Origin: Octopus bimaculoides
Taxonomy: Eukaryota
Assembly: GCF_001194135.2 (NCBI RefSeq)
Contig: NC_069001.1
Location: forward strand, 8,078,109-8,117,829
Reading direction: 5' to 3'
Length of the DNA: 39,721 nucleotides
Made by a program: the position numbers and the translations under genes. The notes under the pieces are model-generated. The model saw only the letters and a program-made list of their open reading frames with translations, had not been told where the DNA came from and searched no databases. Positions 32,120-39,721 of the stretch are shown one piece after another. Numbering within the stretch: position 1 is the stretch's first letter; each line of letters starts with the position of its first letter.

Positions 32120-33889
32120 GGGTAACTAATGCGTTTCATTTTTGCGTGTGGAGAGAGAGAGAATCTTTCTACAAAGAAGCGATTTAAAATAAATATATCT
32201 TAAATGTGCTCGTGGAAAAATATTGTATCTTTTAAAAATATCCTTAATTGGCACTGTCATGCTCACTCGTCCACCTTATTAGAAAACACAAATTTAATAT
32301 AAAAACATATTTCCTGAAATTGCAAATTATTTAAAATATAAAAATATAATTTTCAACAGAGAGAATTTATCAAAATAGAAAACAAATGAAGTTTGAAGTT
32401 TAAAAATAATAGGATCGACCACTCACGACTAGCTAGCGCGGACGCGAGTACCCTTATACTCTGTGTTGTGTTTTCAAACGCATGGATATAGGTGTCAAAT
32501 TTGTTCCAATAACTTTCGAGTAATAGATAGATAGAGAGAGAGAGACAGACAGACATATAGCTGGCTTTGGCCAGTCATGGTATTAGCTGTCAGTAGCCAA
32601 AGAATCGACAGGCATGCAGGCAGACAGACAGATACTTCACTAGCAGTGAGCACTTTCACTTCTGACAGCTAATAGCATGACAGTGCCCCTTAATTTACAT
32701 ATTGTATGTTTGTTTTTTTTTAAATTGTTTTCTCCTCCGCAGTACTTATGCATTACTGTGTGTGAGAGAGAACTGAAAAGCATACAAAAATAAGTAAGCG
32801 GAATTTGCCAAGCTGTTCGCATTTAGTTCTACTGTGATGTCGTGTGCAACCTGTCAGTTCACATACTTTGATGGCATCAGAATTTGTTATATAAATGATG
32901 AAGAAAGTATTGTATTCCTCCGGGACCATGGTGTTCTGCCCACCAATATGATTTGTCCACACTGTCGGATTGAATGCGTGTATAGAAAAGAACAGTGTCT
33001 CTGGCAATGCATGAGCTACACGGTCACTAAATCTAAAAAAAGGCAGCAGTGTGATTATTCTGTATCGGACTTTGAAGGATCCTTTCTTGATAATGCCCGT
33101 ATTCCTCCGTGGAAAGTCGTTCTTTTCGTAAACGAATTTCTACGTAGTACTTGGAGTAATATCATAGAGACAACCCAGGAATTATTGTTTTCAAGAGCTG
33201 AAGAATGGAGGTCATTCTGTTGTGGAGTAACAGAAAACTGGCTTCACAAACAGGAACGAATTGGTGGAGAATCAGTTGAAGTTGAGATTGATGAGACCTT
33301 AATTGTCCACCGGAAACCCGGGAGGGGTAGGATTCTGAGCCAAGTTTGGTTGTTTAGTGGAATAGAGTGAACCAGTAAGCGTCGTTTCGTTGTGCCACTA
33401 ATAAATAAGAAGCGTGACAAAGCGACACTGGTTCCTCTGATCCAGTCATTTATCAAACCTGGCTCGGTTATTTATAGTGATACATGGGCTGCCTACAATG
33501 ATTTAAGCAGTTTGGGTTATCGCCATTACGTGATAAACCATTCTGAAAATATTGATCAACCAAATATACACATACAAAATATTGAACAATTGTGGAGGAA
33601 GATAAAATGGAGTATGAGAAGGCTGCCAAGTGTTGAAACAAAATATTTCCATCAATATCTGGCCAGATATTTATTTATTTCCTCAGAGAAGAATAAGAAA
33701 TTATTACTCCACAATTTTTTTCGAGAGGCAGCCCAATTATATGTACCCCTCTCAAGTCAGCCATGTCCTTCAACTACATAAGGACTCATGTCTCTTCTCT
33801 CTTTCATAGAAGGCTCTTTTTTTCTCCATAGTCTCTCATCTCTCTCTCTCCGTACCTACATGCACGGAAATGAAACGCATTAGTTACCC
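32120..33889 (+). mobile_element. Merlin (IS1595/IS1016-like) DNA transposon, 1770 bp, perfect 22-bp TIRs
   Basis: GGGTAACTAATGCGTTTCATTT at 32120-32141 and its reverse complement at 33868-33889; symmetric subterminal (GA)n/(TC)n; no 8-9 bp TSD recognisable. Confidence 0.88.
32837..33781 (+). pseudogene. Merlin/ISXO2-like DDE transposase, 314 codons, one in-frame TGA at 33368-33370
   Basis: Track ORFs 32834-33370 and 33392-33781 are in the same frame; Zn-ribbon CPHC..WQC..C; motifs VEIDET, IYSDTW, QNIEQLW; GIE*TSKRRF where GIER is expected. Confidence 0.85.
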
Positions 33890-33939
33890 GATTTTTTTTT
33901 TTTTAACACTCGATACTTTTTCAATCTATTCTGCAATCT

Positions 33940-33974
33940 GGGATTAATGTATCCAGTGATCTTAAGAGGTATGA
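33940..33974 (+). promoter_or_regulatory. Possible ZNF5 exon-1 splice donor just downstream of Merlin
   Basis: AAGAG|GTATGA at 33968|33969; ZNF5 acceptor at 35443. Confidence 0.35.
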
Positions 33975-34574
33975 AAAAAATATTTTATTTTGATATTATA
34001 CCTTTACTTGTTTCATGCAAACACAAAAATTCTCCAGGGGATACATTCTTCAGAGTGTAGATTACAATTCAGGTTTATCTTTCTTTTAGTTGTTTCAGTC
34101 ACTGGATTGCGGTCACACTGGGACAAAGCCTTGAAAGGTTTACTCAAACAAATCCTTATATTGATAACATTTAGAAAAACGTTTTTTTAGAAGAATTTTA
34201 TATCATTCTTTATCTCTCCTGCCCAGATTTCGTTACCATTAATTTCCTATAACTTCAGCATTTTCACTTCCTTCCTAACTTGTTTGAATTTTCAATCTTG
34301 TATAATCCACACTCTCGAGAATGTATTTATGCGAAATGTTATCTAAAGTTATGGGTGAAGAAAGAAACAGCAAAAGAATTTTCCCTGTGAAAACAACTTC
34401 TTTTTTGAGGCCGGAGGCGATGGACAAAAAGTATTTTGTGCCATATTAGGTCACCGTAATTCATTCAGCGTTAAAAAAGTATTTTCCAGTAGTTCCAGGT
34501 AGATGGGGTGGGGGTGGGGGTTCGTACGTTCCTCCACCCACCTTCTTTTTTTCTCTTAACCAAATTAAGTTGCA

Positions 34575-34715
34575 TGCAGCATATTTGGAGTGGTTGGTGT
34601 TGGGAATGCATCCAACTGTAGAAACCAAGCCAAATCAGACTGGAACCTGTGCACCTCTTGTGAAACTGTCCAACCCATGCCAGCATGGAAAATGGACGTT
34701 GAAGGATGATGAGCT
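34575..34715 (+). mobile_element. Family C retroposon 3' end
   Basis: GCATCCAACTGTAGAAACCAAGCCAAATCAGACTGGAACC...CCAACCCATGCCAGCATGGAAAATGGACGTT..GATGATGA. Confidence 0.7.
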
Positions 34716-34744
34716 GAGTTAGAAATGTAAAACTGTAGCATGTT

Positions 34745-34930
34745 TTCAAAGATCAGGGTAGATTCCTGTAGAGAGGTGCTGATGAAAGCTTAGTGAGATT
34801 AGGGATTAGCTCTGAGGTGCAAAGTTTGAAGGTAATGGAAGGGACGTTATCGGAACCAGTGACCTTATGATTTAAAGGGACTAAATATGTCTTGATTAGT
34901 TCATCCACCTCACATGAAGGAGAACTGTTT
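34745..34930 (-). mobile_element. Decayed Jockey/CR1-like LINE RT fragment
   Basis: The minus strand reads HKVTGSDNVPSITFKLCTSELIPNLTKL, resembling KATGPDxIPxIVLKxCxxELxPxLxKL. Confidence 0.5.
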
Positions 34931-35742
34931 CCTATTTAGCAGCTTCATCACAAGAATGATTTTTAAAAAATTAACTCAAGAATCATATTTGATATATTTA
35001 TTTCATAGTAATAAAAACAATAAAATTCAAATTGTATTTCTATTTTAGCTGAAACATGTCAGTATGATACTGAATTTTGTATTTAAAAGAATGATAATGG
35101 ATACTGATTTTTAATCAGAAACAGTAGTCTGGGTGGGAGAGGGAGTTAAATTGTGAGACACGAGCAAGAATTTTTCAAGTCAGAAAGGTAGCAAGCGAAA
35201 GAAAGGCAATTAATGTACTCAGTTTTATTTCTTCTCAAACATGCCCAATAACTGTAATAAGTTATTTGAGCAAGTGTGTGTATACACTTCGCACAAAGTT
35301 GTATGATGTAATTTTAAAAACAAATTTTAAAGTAAAATTCATATGTTTAAGTAAAGGATTATATCTACAGTCTATCAATATAAAAATGTAAAATTTCTAC
35401 TCTCCTTAAATGACTTATATTTTGTATTTTCTATTTTTTTCAGAAAAACAGATGACATTGTCATTTTATTCAGATGCATTATTAATATTCATCATTTGCT
35501 AACGACTAAAGGAAGATATTTCAGATTTTATTTTGGATTACCTTTGAATAATATTGCCTTTGGATAAAATGAGTAGCAAAATATTTATTTTGCCACCTGG
35601 AATGCATACAAAATGATCAAATTTGCGAAAGATTTTGCAGTGTTTCAACATGAGGATTAAGATTTCAGTTGAAGGAAACTTAGAAAGAAAATGCAAGATC
35701 AAGTAAAAGAAAATATCTGAACATTGTGAAAAAAGAAAATTT

Positions 35743-36735
35743 ATGGGAAAGGAATTATGAAAGAACCAAAGTAGAGGTCAAATACAATCTAAAAGTATTG
35801 CTTTTTATGATATGCTGAACGAGATGAGGAAAACATACCACTGTGATGTCTGTAAAAAGTCATTCTTTCATAAAAGTAACTTAACTACTCACAAACGCTT
35901 TCATACAGGAGAAAAACCATATCAGTGCAATATCTGTGGTAAATTATTTGCTACAACTAGTAATTTGACTGCTCACAAGCGTATCCATACAGGAGAGAAA
36001 CCATATTGCTGTGATATCTGTGGTAAATCATATGCTCAAAAAAGTAACTTAACTACGCACAAACATGTTCATACAGGAGAGAAGCCATATTACTGCAGTA
36101 TCTGTGATAAATCATTCTCTCAAAAGAGTCTCTTAACTACACACAGCCGTATTCATACTGGAGAAACACCATATCATTGTGATATTTGTGGTAAATCATT
36201 TTCCGTGAGTAGTGCCTTAATTAGTCACAGACGTTTTCATACTGGGGAAACACCATATCGCTGTGATATGTGTGGTAAATCATTCTCTCAAACTAGTGAA
36301 GTAACTAAACACAAACGCCTTCACACTGGAGAGAGGCCCTATTACTGTGAGATCTGTGGTAAATCATTCTCTTAAGATTATCACTTAACTAAACACATAC
36401 TGGTGAAAAGCCATATCATTGTGATATCTGCGGTAAATCATTTTCTCAAAACAGTCACTTAACTGGACACAAACATATTCACACCAGAAAGAAACCGTAT
36501 CACTATGACTTCTCTGGTGAATCATTCTCTCAGGCACGGTTCCTTACCAGACACGTGTATAGTCATACTGGAGGAAAGACCTATCAATGTGATGTATGTG
36601 GTAGAGCATTCTCTCAAAAGGTTCATTTAAAGAGGCACAATCACATTCATACAAGAGAACAAAACCTAATGTGATACTTGTGAGTAATCACTCTTTTAAG
36701 CCAATTACTTAACTACACATTCCTATATTCATGCA
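35743..36735 (+). pseudogene. Disabled or truncated C2H2 zinc-finger gene ZNF5 (6 intact fingers in 35812-36375, plus broken fingers)
   Basis: ATG 35743 gives MGKEL* (TGA 35758-60 in place of Cys); CAA>TAA at 36373-75 inside finger 7; ~10-nt deletion near 36395; further degenerate fingers ending HAEE* near 36735. Confidence 0.8.
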
Positions 36736-36759
36736 GAAGAGTAACTGTACAGTCATTCA

Positions 36760-36935
36760 TTATCATTTGATGTTCATCTTCTGTGCTGGCATGCATTGTA
36801 TGTTTTGACCAAGAGGGCTGCACCAGGTTCCAGTCTGATTTGGCTTGGTTTCTACAGCTGGATGCCCTTCCTAAAACCAGCCACTTTACAGAATGTGCTG
36901 GGTGTCCTTTACATGGCGCCGGCATGATGCTGACA
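36760..36935 (-). mobile_element. Family C retroposon 3' end directly behind ZNF5
   Basis: CCAGGTTCCAGTCTGATTTGGCTTGGTTTCTACAGCTGGATGCCCTTCCTAA. Confidence 0.7.
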
Positions 36936-37414
36936 AGGGAGCTTTTTGCATGAAAAGTATAAAAGATATAGATATATTCTTGCAGGAAAGAAAAGAAAAC
37001 AGCAATAACAATTTCCACCAATATGTTTTTATACAGCCACAACTAATATATTGCTGAGATAACTTAACACTGATGATTTTAAATATAAGCATATTCTCAG
37101 AAAACTCCTATTCTTGCTAACATATTCTCAAGTGGAAGAAAAATATAGTTGCGGTTTATTTGATTATGTGCATGACTAACTGAGAAATGTGTCTTTTCCT
37201 TCTGCTTATTCCAGTAAGCAGAACAAGAGGAAATATGTGGAATTGTGAGTTGCTGAAAAGGTCACAGAATGTGTGATGATTAAAGAACTTTGACAAAGAA
37301 ATTAGAACAATAGTAGTTCATAGATAGGAAGGCAAATACACATCTACAATCAATCAAAAAAAATATTTTTTCTTCAAATGGAAATATTTAAAAGTTAACT
37401 CAGCTATGGTTGTC

Positions 37415-37610
37415 CACAATGCAGAAAAGAGAAAGATGAACAAAGCCTAACCATTATTAGTTTCTGCTGGTTACTGTTGAGACCTCAGGTGTTCTTGGAC
37501 CACACACTGCTGATTTTCTCCCCAAAATCATATCTGAGAAATGAGCCCCAATGTGGAGGGTGGCTGTTTTCTGCAACAATGCCTTTGCAATCATGTTTAA
37601 GAAGCATGAT
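37415..37610 (+). mobile_element. Highly decayed CRE-like LINE restriction-like-endonuclease C-terminal fragment
   Basis: Reads NAEKRKMNK ... VTVETSGVLGPHTADFL ... RVAVFCNNAFAIM, resembling AExRKxxKY / ETxGxxGP / RxSxAxxRGNAxxI. Confidence 0.45.
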
Positions 37611-38957
37611 TAGAGACACATCATTTGCTCTGGGATATACAACCCATTACTCCCCCCACCATCTGTTGCTTTTTCTTTCTTTGTTTTAATGTTTTTCCTT
37701 CGTTTCTTCCTGTAAAAATGTGTTAATAAAAACTGAAGATGTTTTTAATGGAAAAAACAAAAACAAAAACGTGTGATATGTATTAATTTCTTTATTTTTA
37801 CACCATTGAAGTAATTTAACATCCTCCTCTATTGCTGGCATGGTCTGACAGGAGCTGGCAAATTAGAAGACTACCAAGCTCTACTATCTACTTTGGTATG
37901 GTTTCTCCAGCCGGATTGAGTGTCCTGCATGCTGGGTGGCTTCGTGCCAGTTGATGAGAGGTTAAAGTCGTAATTCCCAGTGTGGAGTATACCAATACGA
38001 GGAAGGGGAACAATTCACGAATAAGTTTATTAAAGAATGAATTCTTNNNNNNNNNNNNNNNNNNNNNNNNNNNNNNNNNNNNNNNNNNNNNNNNNNNNNN
38101 NNNNNNNNNNNNNNNNNNNNNNNNNNNNNNNNNNNNNNNNNNNNNNNNNNNNNNNNNNNNNNNNNNNNNNNNNNNNNNNNNNNNNNNNNNNNNNNNNNNN
38201 NNNNNNNNNNNNNNNNNNNNNNNNNNNNNNNNNNNNNNNNNNNNNNNNNNNNNNNNNNNNNNNNNNNNNNNNNNNNNNNNNNNNNNNNNNNNNNNNNNNN
38301 NNNNNNNNNNNNNNNNNNNNNNNNNNNNNNNNNNNNNNNNNNNNNNNNNNNNNNNNNNNNNNNNNNNNNNNNNNNNNNNNNNNNNNNNNNNNNNNNNNNN
38401 NNNNNNNNNNNNNNNNNNNNNNNNNNNNNNNNNNNNNNNNNNNNNNNNNNNNNNNNNNNNNNNNNNNNNNNNNNNNNNNNNNNNNNNNNNNNNNNNNNNN
38501 NNNNNNNNNNNNNNNNNNNNNNNNNNNNNNNNNNNNNNNNNNNNNNNNNNNNNNNNNNNNNNNNNNNNNNNNNNNNNNNNNNNNNNNNNNNNNNNNNNNN
38601 NNNNNNNNNNNNNNNNNNNNNNNNNNNNNNNNNNNNNNNNNNNNNNNNNNNNNNNNNNNNNNNNNNNNNNNNNNNNNNNNNNNNNNNNNNNGGGTGTTTG
38701 GAGGATATGTTTAATGATAGATGTTTCTAATTTAAGCAGAAAGCCAGTAATTTTCAAGGGGGAAAGAGTTAATTACATTGTCTCTGCGAACTGACTGGTA
38801 CTTTGTTTTATTGCGCCTTGAAGAGATGAAAGTCAGTGCTGACCTGCGTAGGGTTTGAACTAAGAATACTGGAAGAAAATACAACAAATCAATTTTTCTG
38901 ATGCTCTAATGATTCTACCAATCCAGTGGGTTTTTTTTTAATAATTGTTCTAATTTA

Positions 38958-39170
38958 AGGCAGTGAGCTGGCAGAGACATTAGCACACTGGGCGAAATGC
39001 ATAATGGTATTTCATCTGTCTTTACATTCTAAGTTCAAATCCCAGAGGTCAACTTTGCCTTTCATCCTTTCGGGGGTCGATAAATTAAGTACCAATCAAG
39101 TACTGGGGTTGATCTAATCGACTGCCCCACCACTCCCAAAATTTCGGGCCTTGTGCCTAGAGTAGAAAAG
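38958..39170 (+). mobile_element. SINE family B with an 18-bp TSD; a diverged minus-strand copy lies at ~38785-38915
   Basis: AATAATTGTTCTAATTTA at 38940-38957 and 39171-39188. Confidence 0.85.
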
Positions 39171-39406
39171 AATAATTGTTCTAATTTAGTCTCAATGCTA
39201 GCAATTTTGAGGGAAGAGATGAGTTGATAACACAGACTCCAATACATGGTGGACGAAGCTGACTTTTGACCTTTTAGCATTTAAAACAGCCAAAATATTC
39301 TGTTTTATGTTCAGACTTCTCACACCTACCCTACAATGTTATTCCAAAAAATAAGTGCTACAAGATAATGTATGATTAATTCAAATCAATGCAAATGAAT
39401 AAACAT

Positions 39407-39721
39407 GAATTCCGGGTAGAGGTAGGGGTCCACCAAGGTTCCGTCCTCAGCCCCCTCTTATTTATCATAGTCCTCCAGGCAATCACAGAGGAGTTCAAGA
39501 CAGGTTGCCCCTGGGAGCTCCTCTATGCTGATGACCTTGCCCTAATTGCGGAGTCACTATCAGAACTAGAGGAGAAGTTTCAGGTGTGGAAGCAAGGTCT
39601 AGAATTGAAGGGCCTTAGAGTCAACCTAGCTAAAACCAAAATCCTAATAAGTAGGAAGGTAGATAAAACACAAACCCCTTCAGGTAGATGGCCCTGCTCA
39701 GTATGTAGAAAAGGAGTAGGT
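39407..39721 (+). mobile_element. 5'-truncated RTE-clade LINE, open RT frame running off the window
   Basis: EFRVEVGVHQGSVLSPLLFIIVL...WELLYADDLALIAES...GLRVNLAKTK...WPCSVCRKGVG, 105 codons with no stop. Confidence 0.9.

Noticed and set aside
2078-36735. 84-bp periodic repeats resembling a CRISPR-like or satellite array
   Set aside because: Fully explained by tandem 28-codon C2H2 units; eukaryotic context and no cas genes
3427-37689. Remaining short 60-110 aa ORFs in the track
   Set aside because: They overlap SINEs, microsatellites or AT-rich intron sequence and show no recognisable domains
38785-39170. Head-to-head inverted SINE B pair as a dsRNA source
   Set aside because: The minus copy is very diverged, lies outside any inferred transcript, and such pairs are expected by chance at this SINE density

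Overview
AT-rich, intron-containing eukaryotic DNA with four N gaps, almost certainly octopus (inferred from the repeat families and zinc-finger style). It is part of a C2H2 zinc-finger (ZNF) cluster. ZNF1 (-, 9 fingers) and ZNF2 (+, 12) are divergent, ZNF3 (+) has 8 fingers, and ZNF4 (-, 11) is divergent from a disabled ZNF5 (+). Each gene has one large coding exon behind a homologous splice acceptor and a 300-380 nt leader. Interspersed are tRNA-type SINEs, LINE fragments (L1/Tx1, RTE, Jockey/CR1-like, CRE-like) and MITEs. The best candidate for something undescribed is a full-length pogo/Tigger transposase ORF (21527-23149). It has an open 540-codon frame, but its first catalytic Asp is Ser, its TIRs are decayed, and a stop falls one codon before the PIP-box-like tail. 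It sits just downstream of a paralogous copy of the putative ZNF3 promoter, exon 1 and intron start, with no partner ZNF exon nearby. This looks like a transposase domesticated by capturing a ZNF promoter. A Merlin (IS1595-like) transposon with one in-frame stop occupies the analogous position upstream of the disabled ZNF5. Promoter and exon-1 calls are inferences from motifs, not from transcript data.
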